DNA from: an uncultured Clostridium sp.
GTDB lineage: Bacteria; Bacillota_I; Bacilli_A; RF39; UBA660
Direction of reading: 5' to 3'
Length of the DNA stretch: 64,000 bases
Assembly: GCA_947427095.1 (NCBI GenBank)
Contig: CANEGO010000001.1
Span: forward strand, 40,164 to 104,163
Positions 31,758 to 40,962 of the stretch are shown here, in pieces. The position numbers and the translations under genes are program-made. Position 1 is the stretch's first letter. Each line of letters opens with the position of its first letter. Below the pieces are notes generated by a model. The model worked only from the letters and a program-made list of their open reading frames with translations. It ran no database searches and had not been told where the DNA came from.

Positions 31758-31790
31758 AATCACCTAGCTTAATTATAACTTAAGATATTT

Positions 31791-32948
31791 TTACATATCT
31801 TTATCTTTTTCAATCACAAAACCAGCATCACTGTAAGTTGCGTTACCACTTTCTAATTCATTCAACTCATATTCTAACTGAGCTATTTTCTTTTTTAGAT
31901 TATTAACCTGCGTTTTAGAAAATTCTAAACGCTTTTTTATTGACTCATCACTTTCTAAAAAACTTCCGGTTTTAAAAAGATCCTCTATGTCTTTAGTTTT
32001 ATTAAGTAAAACTTCTAAACTTAAGTTTAGGTTTAAAATTTCTTCACTTAAAGAAATTATTTCACCAAGCGTTCCACTACCATTCCTTTGCTTATTATAA
32101 TTTATAATTTCCTCTTCGGTTATGGCTGAAAAATTAACTTTCTTTTTTTTCATTTCTTGTTTAACTTCTAGTTCATTAATAATAAGTGGTTCAACATTTC
32201 TTCTAATACTTTTCCTAATAAAATGAGGAGATGCTTTCCTACTCATCAATCTACTTTCTAAATTGCCTAAAAATCTTTCTTTATCAGAATAATTCATGTC
32301 TGGTAATAAATCACCCGTGTTATCTTTTATCAGAAATGCTAATTCAATTCTTTTACGGTCATCTTTAAAGGCATCCTTAACGAGTGCTTTCATGCAACTT
32401 TGCGAAATCGCAATAAACATCCACCTATTTTTACATGGTGTTAAATATTTTTCATCATATTCACCATCCATGTTTAACCTTTTTTCAATTAAATAAGAAA
32501 CCGCATTATTAAAATTTCTACCGGCAAACTTATCATACATGGTTTTTAAAGTTTCCTGTTTTTCCAAAGAAATATTACCATTTATAAAGTCGTCAATAGT
32601 AGCACCATAATTCTTATTAATTTTTAAATGTAAAGCTTTTTGTCCCGCCAACAAAACATCTAAATCCCGGTTATATATGATTCTTATTTTACGAGCATTT
32701 TTAGATTCTGAGGTTCTTATAGAAAATGGATCATTATCCTCATTTATTGGTTTTTTAATATGCTTCGAAATATAATTTCTAATAGAACGTGAATTATCGT
32801 TTGGCATATATTTTAGTAAATCTTCTGGTCCAGAGCAAAAAGACGTATACTTTTCAAGTGCAACTAAATCATAATTAGCCAAAGTAACAGTTGTTAATTT
32901 CCCATCAATTTCTAAATCAACGGTTAAAAAGTATCGTTTTAAAGACAT
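31791..32948 (-). CDS. Hypothetical protein with C-terminal coiled coil; paralog of 32967-33752
   Basis: 385-aa ORF with RBS AAGGAGG. Confidence 0.7.
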   Translation of the reverse strand: MSLKRYFLTVDLEIDGKLTTVTLANYDLVALEKYTSFCSGPEDLLKYMPNDNSRSIRNYISKHIKKPINEDNDPFSIRTSESKNARKIRIIYNRDLDVLLAGQKALHLKINKNYGATIDDFINGNISLEKQETLKTMYDKFAGRNFNNAVSYLIEKRLNMDGEYDEKYLTPCKNRWMFIAISQSCMKALVKDAFKDDRKRIELAFLIKDNTGDLLPDMNYSDKERFLGNLESRLMSRKASPHFIRKSIRRNVEPLIINELEVKQEMKKKKVNFSAITEEEIINYNKQRNGSGTLGEIISLSEEILNLNLSLEVLLNKTKDIEDLFKTGSFLESDESIKKRLEFSKTQVNNLKKKIAQLEYELNELESGNATYSDAGFVIEKDKDM

Positions 32949-32966
32949 AATTCCTCCTTAGCTAGT

Positions 32967-33752
32967 TTAGTTATCCTTATACTCTTCTTGATATTTTTTA
33001 TTAAAGTTATCTAAGTTTTTAATCATTTTATCATACAATTCTTTTGTGTTTAAATCAACGTTTTTTCTTTCGTTAACCGATGAATAATTAATTATTCTAG
33101 TATTTATTTTACTTTTAGTTTTGAATAACTTTTTAAATTCGAATGCCAAGTTACGTCTTGATTCTAAACGTTGACCAAGTTTTTTACATAAAATCATTAA
33201 GTTATCTTTATCAGTAGCAATAGCTGCAATCATAGCATCATCATAAGGAATATTTGGAAATTCTCTGTTAACATCATAAACGTCAATCATACATGCTATT
33301 CTTTGATTTTTAACATATGTTTCATATAAATATTTAAAAAATAAATACTTATTACCGGACTTATTTAAAGAAGACTTAAGTTTAGCCATATAAAACTCTT
33401 GCATACTCATTTTTTCTTTGATAATTTTTTCTAAAAGTTCTTCTTGATTGACATACAAAACATCAATATCATCTTCAAATAAAACATCCATTATAGGATT
33501 AAAATCATCGTCAGTAATATAAAATAATTCTTTTAAAACCTTTTCGCTTTTAAAATCAATCATTAATCCTAAGTTATTTTTAATATATTCTTTTATTTTT
33601 TTTGGAAGTGCATTAAACAAGCTAACGTATCCATCATAATTACTGGTATATTCATCCAATTTATTTAATTCTAACGAGATTAGTGGAAAGTTATGTTCAT
33701 GACCATACTTATTCGTCCCTTTAAAATATAGGGTATATTGTTTTAAAGCCAT
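32967..33752 (-). CDS. Hypothetical protein
   Basis: 261-aa ORF with RBS AGGAGG and a TTGACA...TGATATATT promoter-like sequence upstream. Confidence 0.7.
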   Translation of the reverse strand: MALKQYTLYFKGTNKYGHEHNFPLISLELNKLDEYTSNYDGYVSLFNALPKKIKEYIKNNLGLMIDFKSEKVLKELFYITDDDFNPIMDVLFEDDIDVLYVNQEELLEKIIKEKMSMQEFYMAKLKSSLNKSGNKYLFFKYLYETYVKNQRIACMIDVYDVNREFPNIPYDDAMIAAIATDKDNLMILCKKLGQRLESRRNLAFEFKKLFKTKSKINTRIINYSSVNERKNVDLNTKELYDKMIKNLDNFNKKYQEEYKDN

Positions 33753-33820
33753 AAGAAAAACCTCCTATTCTAGGATAATAATATCACCTTTAGAAGGCAT
33801 TTGTCAATTAAGTAAAATTA

Positions 33821-34294
33821 CTACAAAAGCTTGTTTTTTCTAAAAATAAATAATTTATTAGTTACGTAATTATACATAAACATAACCATCGATGAAACCA
33901 CTTTTGCCACCATGTTTTCCATGTTAAAATTACTAATAAAAATATGCAAAACAAAAGAATCAAGTGGAAAACCAATAAGCCTTATAATTATAAAAGAAAA
34001 AATTTGCACCATTCTATCTTTTCTTCTTATCGGCCTTGACTTAAATAATTTTTGATCCCATATAAAAAGTATCGTAAAAGAAATTGTATAAGATAAAAAA
34101 TTTGCTAACAAATAATTACCGTTTGTTACTTTATTTACAATGAAAAATACCAAGTATAAAATACCTGTACAAACTAAAGATATTAAACAATAATTAATAA
34201 ACTCTTTATTTTTATCATAAAACTTTTCTAGTTTACTTTTTTTTCTAAATATTTTACCAAATATACATTTATCTTTCTTTTTAAACAAGCTCAT
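33821..34294 (-). CDS. GtrA family membrane protein
   Basis: Four TM helices, EFINY...; NYVTNKLFIF C-terminus. Confidence 0.8.
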   Translation of the reverse strand: MSLFKKKDKCIFGKIFRKKSKLEKFYDKNKEFINYCLISLVCTGILYLVFFIVNKVTNGNYLLANFLSYTISFTILFIWDQKLFKSRPIRRKDRMVQIFSFIIIRLIGFPLDSFVLHIFISNFNMENMVAKVVSSMVMFMYNYVTNKLFIFRKNKLL

Positions 34295-34350
34295 TTTACT
34301 TCCTCACAGTTCAAACTAAAAAAAATTATATCACAAAAAAAGACCCATTA

Positions 34351-34614
34351 CTATATTTTTTCGTAATGAGTCCACATTCTAATAACGTATATTTCTTTTT
34401 TTGATTCATCTACCATGTACACTAATCTATGCTTACTATTTATACGTCTTGAATACATTTTATATTTTACGTTAAGCTTTTCATATGAAGGTGGATAGCA
34501 AAAAGGATCTTTTTTTATTCTAGTTAATAAACTATTAACATTTTTAATTAGTTTACCTTTTTCTAGCAATTTTTTATCTTTTAAAGCAAGTTTAGTAAAT
34601 TTAATATTATACAT
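34351..34614 (-). CDS. yoeB: Txe/YoeB family type II toxin
   Basis: YEKL, YSRRINSKHRLVY and RMWTHYE motifs; TAATG coupling to the antitoxin. Confidence 0.92.
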   Translation of the reverse strand: MYNIKFTKLALKDKKLLEKGKLIKNVNSLLTRIKKDPFCYPPSYEKLNVKYKMYSRRINSKHRLVYMVDESKKEIYVIRMWTHYEKI

Positions 34615-34874
34615 TAATCTTCCCATTCTTTTGGATCATATTCTTTTGCATTTTCCCAATCAGTTTCTTCATATGCTTTTATCAAACTTTCAACATATCC
34701 CGGTATACTATATAAATACATTGTTTCCTGTATACTATTCCAATCCTTTTCAGATAAGATAACCGCGTTTTCTCCCTTTGTATTAACTATTTTAACCGGA
34801 TTATATGCTACGTTTACATCACTTACTATTCCATATAAATTAGCTCTTGCATCAGTTATTTTATATTCTTTCAT
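34614..34874 (-). CDS. yefM: Phd/YefM family antitoxin
   Basis: ARANLY, NAVILSE.DW..IQET.YL motifs. Confidence 0.92.
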   Translation of the reverse strand: MKEYKITDARANLYGIVSDVNVAYNPVKIVNTKGENAVILSEKDWNSIQETMYLYSIPGYVESLIKAYEETDWENAKEYDPKEWED

Positions 34875-34899
34875 AACTAATCACCACCTTATGTAATTA

Positions 34900-34928
34900 A
34901 TTGTAACGTACTTTACGGCGTACGTCAA
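34900..34928 (-). promoter_or_regulatory. yefM-yoeB promoter with overlapping operator palindrome
   Basis: TTGACG-17-TACAAT, with ACGTAC-N8-GTACGT (34906-34925) in the spacer, similar to the GTAC-core YefM operators. Confidence 0.8.
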
Positions 34929-34952
34929 TGTAATATTTAAAAAAAAGAAGCA

Positions 34953-35213
34953 TTATCTTGCTTCTACGATTAACTTAATAGCAGTACGCTCTTCACCTTC
35001 AATTACTATGTCGGTAAAAGCCGGTATACAAACTAAATTTTTACCAGATGGAGCAACAAATCCCCTTGCTATTGCTATTGCTTTTATAGCTTGGTTAAGT
35101 GCTCCAGCCCCAATAGCTTGTATTTCAACCGTTCCCTTTTCTCTAAATACGTTAGCTAACGCTCCTGCTACACTACTTGGATTTGACTTTGATGAAACTT
35201 TAAGTGTTTCCAT
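34953..35213 (-). CDS. spoVS: Stage V sporulation protein S
   Basis: LKVSSKSNP.SVAGALA and QAIGAGALNQAIKAIAIARGF motifs. Confidence 0.97.
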   Translation of the reverse strand: METLKVSSKSNPSSVAGALANVFREKGTVEIQAIGAGALNQAIKAIAIARGFVAPSGKNLVCIPAFTDIVIEGEERTAIKLIVEAR

Positions 35214-35299
35214 GTTTATTTCCTCCTTAATATTTTAGTCATTATAAATATATTAAAAACAAAATTAAGTTATGAAAAAAAGAGAAAAATTTTTTCCCT

Positions 35300-35536
35300 T
35301 TATTTAAATACATCTATTAGTTTCTGCTTTGCTTCAAATATTTGAACATATTCCTCCGTTAAAAACTCATCTTCACTAACATTATTATTTTGAACATAAT
35401 CATAATAATTAGTTTCATTATAAGCTATTATCTTATTTACTATTTCAAGCAATTCTTTAGTTTGAGCATTTAACTGATCCCTTTTACTTTCAATTGACAA
35501 CCTTTTAAAATTTTCCTTTAAATCATTCAAGTTCAT
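35300..35536 (-). CDS. Small hypothetical protein
   Basis: 78 aa; ATGA overlap with the upstream gene. Confidence 0.6.
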   Translation of the reverse strand: MNLNDLKENFKRLSIESKRDQLNAQTKELLEIVNKIIAYNETNYYDYVQNNNVSEDEFLTEEYVQIFEAKQKLIDVFK

Positions 35537-37140
35537 AGTTTCCTTGCCCCACTTTCAATTTCTTCTGCTTCTTTCTCGGTAAAAAGACCATCATAATACT
35601 TCTGAGAAAACTCAAAAAAACGCATTACCTCTTCTTTTGGTTTACCTGCTCTATATCTTAAATAATCTTCATAAACAGTTCTTTTTACCTTTTTAACTTC
35701 TTTAATATATCCAAAAGAGTTATCACCATAGAAATTTTTAAAATCCATTTTCTGTTGATAGCTTAAATCTCCTACCGTTGCACTAGATGGCATCGTCCCT
35801 CTTCTTTTCATGTCTCTTAAGCCACGTTCTTCAGCAGATAAAGAGCTTTCCTCAAACATTCTTTCCATTTCTTCATCTACCATCGATTCAAAGCTTTGAT
35901 GGCTATAAACATCACCATTTCTAACCTCAAAAGGTCCCCCAAATGGGTTTCTCTTCTTAATGTTTTCTATTGCTTGACGTCTTATATTATTTTTTACTTC
36001 TCTCCATAGTTCTTGTTCATGTTCTTCTTTTTCTCTTCTTCCATCTATCGCTGCTTTTTCTTCTTGAAGTTTTTTATGATGCTCCATTTCAGCTTCACGA
36101 ATAATGTCTTTTTTTATGTCTGGATCAAGTAAAAAACGCTCGATTTGCATATCTATTTCCGATGTATCTTCACCGTATTCTATTTTATATATTCTACTTT
36201 TAACTAAACTTCTAAACGTTGCTTTCTTATTTTCCTTCTCTTTATTTCTTTCCTTTTCTTTTCTATACTCCTCAGTTAAACCCTTTAAATAGTTAAAATC
36301 AACGTTTTTAAGTACCTTCTCACACTTTTCAATGTTCTTTTTATTTTTATTTTCTATCTTATCTAGTTCTTTTACAACGTTAGAAAAATCAATGTTATTA
36401 ACACCGCTTAATTTAGTTTTTAACGTTTCTATGTTAGAATTTAATTTTTTTAATCTTTCTTTTTCACCGCTTGCTTTTATAATATCCTCAGAATTCTTTA
36501 ACGCATATAATACCCTTTTATTACCTTTTAACATACCTTTATTATTCATTTCTTGCAAAAGATCAAGTGTTTTTTCCTCACTACTTTTTATAGGCGTAGT
36601 TTTTGGTTTTTCAGAATTAAATTTTTCGAAAGAAAAAATACTACCTGCTTTTTCTCTCTTAAGATTATATAAAGTTTGCATGTGACTTATTATACTTTTA
36701 CCATTTTCATTTGGAAATGCCTTAGAAATAAATTCTTCTAATTTTTTATAGTTTTCATCATCTTCTTTTACGACTTTTTTATTACTATTTTTTATACTTT
36801 CATTTATTATTTTTTCTATAGTATCTTTATCTTTCACATCTAGTTCTTGCAAACACGATTCTATTGATTTTTTTGAGTCTTCTAAAAGGGTATTATATTT
36901 AATATAAGATGCCTTATAATTGTTAACCAAATATAACATATGATCAATATCATATATTTTTTTACCATGAGAATCGATAGTTTTTTTTAATTGCCTTTTT
37001 TCTGCAAATGATATGCTTTTTTCCTTTAATTCTTGTTCACTTTTCTTTAAAATTTTTTTATTTGTTTCTTTCTGTTTTTTATAAAAATCTAAAGTATCTT
37101 CTAAATCTTTTCTTTCCTCTGCACTTAACATTTTAATCAC
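35533..37140 (-). CDS. Hypothetical coiled-coil protein
   Basis: 535-aa Lys/Glu-rich ORF. Confidence 0.7.
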   Translation of the reverse strand: MIKMLSAEERKDLEDTLDFYKKQKETNKKILKKSEQELKEKSISFAEKRQLKKTIDSHGKKIYDIDHMLYLVNNYKASYIKYNTLLEDSKKSIESCLQELDVKDKDTIEKIINESIKNSNKKVVKEDDENYKKLEEFISKAFPNENGKSIISHMQTLYNLKREKAGSIFSFEKFNSEKPKTTPIKSSEEKTLDLLQEMNNKGMLKGNKRVLYALKNSEDIIKASGEKERLKKLNSNIETLKTKLSGVNNIDFSNVVKELDKIENKNKKNIEKCEKVLKNVDFNYLKGLTEEYRKEKERNKEKENKKATFRSLVKSRIYKIEYGEDTSEIDMQIERFLLDPDIKKDIIREAEMEHHKKLQEEKAAIDGRREKEEHEQELWREVKNNIRRQAIENIKKRNPFGGPFEVRNGDVYSHQSFESMVDEEMERMFEESSLSAEERGLRDMKRRGTMPSSATVGDLSYQQKMDFKNFYGDNSFGYIKEVKKVKRTVYEDYLRYRAGKPKEEVMRFFEFSQKYYDGLFTEKEAEEIESGARKL

Positions 37141-37163
37141 CTAAACTTTCTATATTTTAAATA

Positions 37164-37706
37164 TTATTTATTTTTTATAATACTAGTTATAAAACCTATT
37201 ACGCTTAATACCAAAACTATTAAATAGGTTGGTGCAGCAAAACACGCAAATACATTTATAATAAGTAATAAGATAAAAAGTACTTTACTATCATATATTT
37301 TGTTTTTCCTCAAGTTAAAATTCTCTAGCATAAAAGCATAAAAAACAAAAATAATGCTTATTAAAATACTTAATAAATTATTTATATTTGCCCTTTTAAG
37401 TCCTATCATGGTAAAAAGATTACCAACGTTCATAACCACAAGAGCTACTCCTAATAAAAGAGCCAAAACAGATGCTATTTTAAGACATACGTTTTGTTTT
37501 TTTAACTTTTTATCATCTTTTGTTTCATAATCAATATTTTCGTTAATGTTATAACTCTCATAATTTTGATATTGATTCATATTTTGAGTGTCGTTAACAT
37601 GCGTATTATTATTTATTTCATTTAATAATTCACTATTATCGGTATCGCAATTTGAACAAATAATTTGACCACTAACAAGTGGATAACCACATTTCTTACA
37701 ATTCAT
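37164..37706 (-). CDS. Zinc-ribbon membrane protein
   Basis: CKKCG...CSNC followed by about four TM helices. Confidence 0.7.
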   Translation of the reverse strand: MNCKKCGYPLVSGQIICSNCDTDNSELLNEINNNTHVNDTQNMNQYQNYESYNINENIDYETKDDKKLKKQNVCLKIASVLALLLGVALVVMNVGNLFTMIGLKRANINNLLSILISIIFVFYAFMLENFNLRKNKIYDSKVLFILLLIINVFACFAAPTYLIVLVLSVIGFITSIIKNK

Positions 37707-37832
37707 ACTTATATCCCATACTTTTACATATTCATAATAACATTAACCACCTACTAATTGTCAAGAAACATAAGGTGTGGATTATTAAAAGCGTAAAATC
37801 AATGTAAAAAAAAGAGAAAATATTTTTTCTCT

Positions 37833-38333
37833 TTATTGATTAAACATATCTATTACTTCTGATAAATGAGTTATTTCTGGATAATCGCTTCCTTCAGGTT
37901 CCTTAACAAATTTAATTCCAATTCCAAGTTTTTTCTGCCACTCTCTTATATTACCGGAATAATCATCTATAAGGATTGCAGCTGATGGATTAACCACTTC
38001 TGTCTTAGGAATCTCTTTAGGTACACTTACAACGGTAACTTGTGGCAATACCTTATGCAAATATTTTATTTTTTCTACCATTTCATTAGTAGAATTAATG
38101 TGTGTTAAGATATATACGTTGAATTTTTTAGACGCACATATCTTTTTTATTTCACTTATACTATCGTTTATTTGATCGGTTTCTGCAATTAATTTTTTCC
38201 AATCCAAATTTCTAAAATACTCCATTACTTTAGTCTGATCTTTTTTATCTATTCCGGATTCTTCTAATACTTTGTATGTCTTTGTCATTGTGTCAAGTAT
38301 TACTCCATCAAAGTCTATGTATAATTGTTTCAT
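37833..38333 (-). CDS. HAD-superfamily hydrolase (5'-nucleotidase-like)
   Basis: DFDGVILDT, ILTH and LIDD motifs. Confidence 0.8.
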   Translation of the reverse strand: MKQLYIDFDGVILDTMTKTYKVLEESGIDKKDQTKVMEYFRNLDWKKLIAETDQINDSISEIKKICASKKFNVYILTHINSTNEMVEKIKYLHKVLPQVTVVSVPKEIPKTEVVNPSAAILIDDYSGNIREWQKKLGIGIKFVKEPEGSDYPEITHLSEVIDMFNQ

Positions 38334-38985
38334 CTTTTAATTCCTCCCATTTTGGTAATAATTTAAATTCTAATCTTTCTTTTGTTGTCGGATGATTAAA
38401 TTCTAGTTTATAAGCATAAAGCCTTATTTGCTCTTTGTTTTGTTTTCCATATAATTGATCACCATATAATGGATACCCAATGTTTTTAAATTGTAATCTT
38501 ATCTGATGATGACGACCTGTTATTAGGTTTATTTTAACTATTGTTTTACCACTGGCATATCCAATAACTTCATAGTTAAGCTGGGATAATTTACCATCCG
38601 GATAATTTTTATCTACTATTTTACTTTTTCCAGTTTGCTTATCTTTATATAAATAATTAGTTAACTTGCCCCTACCTTCTTTTAATTCGCCGTCTAAAAC
38701 CGCTACGTAGGTTTTGCTAAACGCATGATTTTTAATTTGTTCGTTTAATCTTTTCGCAGCTTTTGAAGTTCTTGCAAAAACCATAACGCCGCCAACCGGT
38801 CTATCAAGTCTATGAACTAGACCAATATAAACGTTACCTAACTTTTTATATTTTTCTTTTATATACCCTTTTACCATGGTTAATAAATCAATATCACCTG
38901 TTATATCACTTTGAGACAGTGTGTTGGGCTTTTTTTCTACTACTATAATGTGATTATCCTCATACAAAACGTTTAACTTATTCAT
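38308..38985 (-). CDS. RluA family pseudouridine synthase
   Basis: VHRLDRPVGG and TGRHHQIR motifs. Confidence 0.93.
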   Translation of the reverse strand: MNKLNVLYEDNHIIVVEKKPNTLSQSDITGDIDLLTMVKGYIKEKYKKLGNVYIGLVHRLDRPVGGVMVFARTSKAAKRLNEQIKNHAFSKTYVAVLDGELKEGRGKLTNYLYKDKQTGKSKIVDKNYPDGKLSQLNYEVIGYASGKTIVKINLITGRHHQIRLQFKNIGYPLYGDQLYGKQNKEQIRLYAYKLEFNHPTTKERLEFKLLPKWEELKDETIIHRL

Positions 38986-39012
38986 CTTTCACCTACTAAA
39001 TTTACTTTTATA

Positions 39013-39696
39013 TTATAATTTGTTTACATATTGTAAAAAATTATCTAAATCAGTTAATTCAAAATCATAATCTTTTAATTGTCTTACTTTAATTATAATT
39101 GATAAAGCGTCATGCTTTTCATCTAAAGTTTGAACAAGACTTAATTTTCGCGGGTCTATTACTTTTCTTCCAATATGAGTATACATATTCCAGGTTTCCA
39201 TGTTCATATTATTCAAATTAGAATAACTTCCCCATTGCCATATCATACTTGGACTATTTATATAACCTTCTTTTAAGGCTTTTACTTTTTTAAAATCATC
39301 CCCTAAAGAATAATAATCACTTGTAAGAGGATCCTTCCCTTCCTTTAAATCAAGTTTCAAATATATTCTATCTTTTAAATCATTATACACTTTTTTATAC
39401 ACTTTTTGCATTAATTCATTGTGAACAATATATCCACCAGTTGGAAAACCATAAGTCTTGGCCATTTGATCATATTCCCACCTAATAAAAACATCTATTG
39501 TTTTTAATAACCCTGAAAAACCTTGTGAAAAATATATGGCTGGCACATTTTTATCTGCCGTTGTTTCATTTTCTCTTTTACCAACTTCAGTTGTAAGTCC
39601 AATTTGACTAATACTATATAAGTTATCTTTCCTTGTAAATGAAAACAAAGTATTATCTTGATCTAGTTGTTCCAATAAAATAGTCTTTATCCCCAT
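39013..39696 (-). CDS. Hypothetical protein, possible ADP-ribosyltransferase-like fold
   Basis: FT...NL.SI...GL and IYFS.G motifs; TAATG coupling to the upstream methyltransferase gene. Confidence 0.5.
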   Translation of the reverse strand: MGIKTILLEQLDQDNTLFSFTRKDNLYSISQIGLTTEVGKRENETTADKNVPAIYFSQGFSGLLKTIDVFIRWEYDQMAKTYGFPTGGYIVHNELMQKVYKKVYNDLKDRIYLKLDLKEGKDPLTSDYYSLGDDFKKVKALKEGYINSPSMIWQWGSYSNLNNMNMETWNMYTHIGRKVIDPRKLSLVQTLDEKHDALSIIIKVRQLKDYDFELTDLDNFLQYVNKL

Positions 39697-40568
39697 TATT
39701 TCTCCCATAATCCATATATTCCACAGGGTAAAACAAGATTACTATCCGTCATAGGAAGCCCTACTTCTCCACTAGATATATTTCCTTTATGTTTTTTATT
39801 TATTGTCAAATAAAGTATGTTTTCTAAGACTTTAGATGACATACCAGTTGTATAAGAATTAATTAAGAAGAATAATGGGTTATCACTTAAAACCTCTTCA
39901 CATAATTTTATTAAATGAAATAAACTTTCCTCTATGTTCCATACCTCGCCATTAGCACCTCTTCCAAAGGAAGGCGGATCCATAACTATGGCATCATATT
40001 TATTACCCCGTCTTATTTCCCTTTGAACAAACTTTATACAATCATCCACTATAAACCTAACGTATCTATCATTTAAGTTAGATGATTCTATATTTTCCTT
40101 TGCCCATGAAACCATTCCTTTGGAAGAATCCACGTGAACAACATCCGCTCCGGCATAAGCGCAAGCTACCGTTGCACCTCCTGTATATGCAAATAAGTTA
40201 AGCACTTTTATCTTTCTATTACTTTTCTTAATTTTATCAATCATATAATCCCAGTTAACAGCTTGTTCTGGAAATAAACCAGTATGCTTAAATCCCATTT
40301 GTTTAATGTTAAAAGTTAAATCTTTATACTTAACTTGCCATGATCCAGGAACTTTAGTTATATTTTCCCAGTGTCCCCCACCTTTTTTACTTCTAAAATA
40401 TTTAGCATCAGTGTCTTTCCATAATTCAGGAAATGTTTTTTCTTTCCATACTATCTGTGGATCTGGTCTATCAAGGATGTATTTTCCCCAACGTTCTAAC
40501 TTACTACCATCTGCCATATCAAGTATTTCATAATCTTTCCATTCATTTGCAATTTTCAAGATTACCAC
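39696..40568 (-). CDS. Class I SAM-dependent methyltransferase (RlmI/RlmK-like)
   Basis: HTGLFPEQ, LNLFAYTG and MDPPSFG motifs; start is probably TTG 40559. Confidence 0.88.
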   Translation of the reverse strand: MVILKIANEWKDYEILDMADGSKLERWGKYILDRPDPQIVWKEKTFPELWKDTDAKYFRSKKGGGHWENITKVPGSWQVKYKDLTFNIKQMGFKHTGLFPEQAVNWDYMIDKIKKSNRKIKVLNLFAYTGGATVACAYAGADVVHVDSSKGMVSWAKENIESSNLNDRYVRFIVDDCIKFVQREIRRGNKYDAIVMDPPSFGRGANGEVWNIEESLFHLIKLCEEVLSDNPLFFLINSYTTGMSSKVLENILYLTINKKHKGNISSGEVGLPMTDSNLVLPCGIYGLWEK

Positions 40569-40621
40569 CTCTTAATAATTTTAACATTATTAAATTAATT
40601 TTAAAAGATTTATAAAAGTAG

Positions 40622-40745
40622 TTTACATATAATCTTTAATTTTGTATAATTTAATTAGTGAGAGCATCTAACTTAAGGTTAGTAGCTTTCCTTAGATAGC
40701 TAAGGAAAAAGCGTACACCCCCTGGGTAAGTACGCTTTTTCTTTT
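40622..40745 (+). ncRNA. Putative antisense/antitoxin sRNA (about 40657-40745) with its promoter
   Basis: TTTACA-17-TATAAT (40622-40650), no ORF, two hairpins and the terminator aaaaagcgtac...gtacgcttttt. Confidence 0.6.
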
Positions 40746-40824
40746 ATATTTTAAAAATTAGTATGGCTAATAATAAAATTAAAAGGATAATTATTACTTT
40801 AAGAAACTTAGTTTCTTTTTTCAT
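40744..40824 (-). CDS. 26-aa hydrophobic peptide, putative type I toxin
   Basis: MKKETKFLKVIIILLILLLAILIFKI*, RBS AAGGGTGGTGA; below the ORF-track length cutoff. Confidence 0.7.
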   Translation of the reverse strand: MKKETKFLKVIIILLILLLAILIFKI

Positions 40825-40962
40825 AAATATCACCACCCTTCTATTATTCATAAAAAGATGGAAAGCTACTACCCATCATTAGGTACTCTCATTTTAATCA
40901 TTAGACAAAACTTTTTAAATCACTCTAAAAAGTTAAAAAATGTTATGTAACCAAAAAATAAC

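Noticed and set aside
30858-33752. Tyrosine recombinase as a prophage, integron or ICE integrase
   Set aside because: Size and motifs fit a chromosomal XerC/D. No att or attC sites, phage genes or conjugation genes are nearby.
40612-40640. dif-like site (reverse strand ...ATATGTAAACT)
   Set aside because: Only part of one arm matches, and it coincides with the -35 box of the sRNA promoter.
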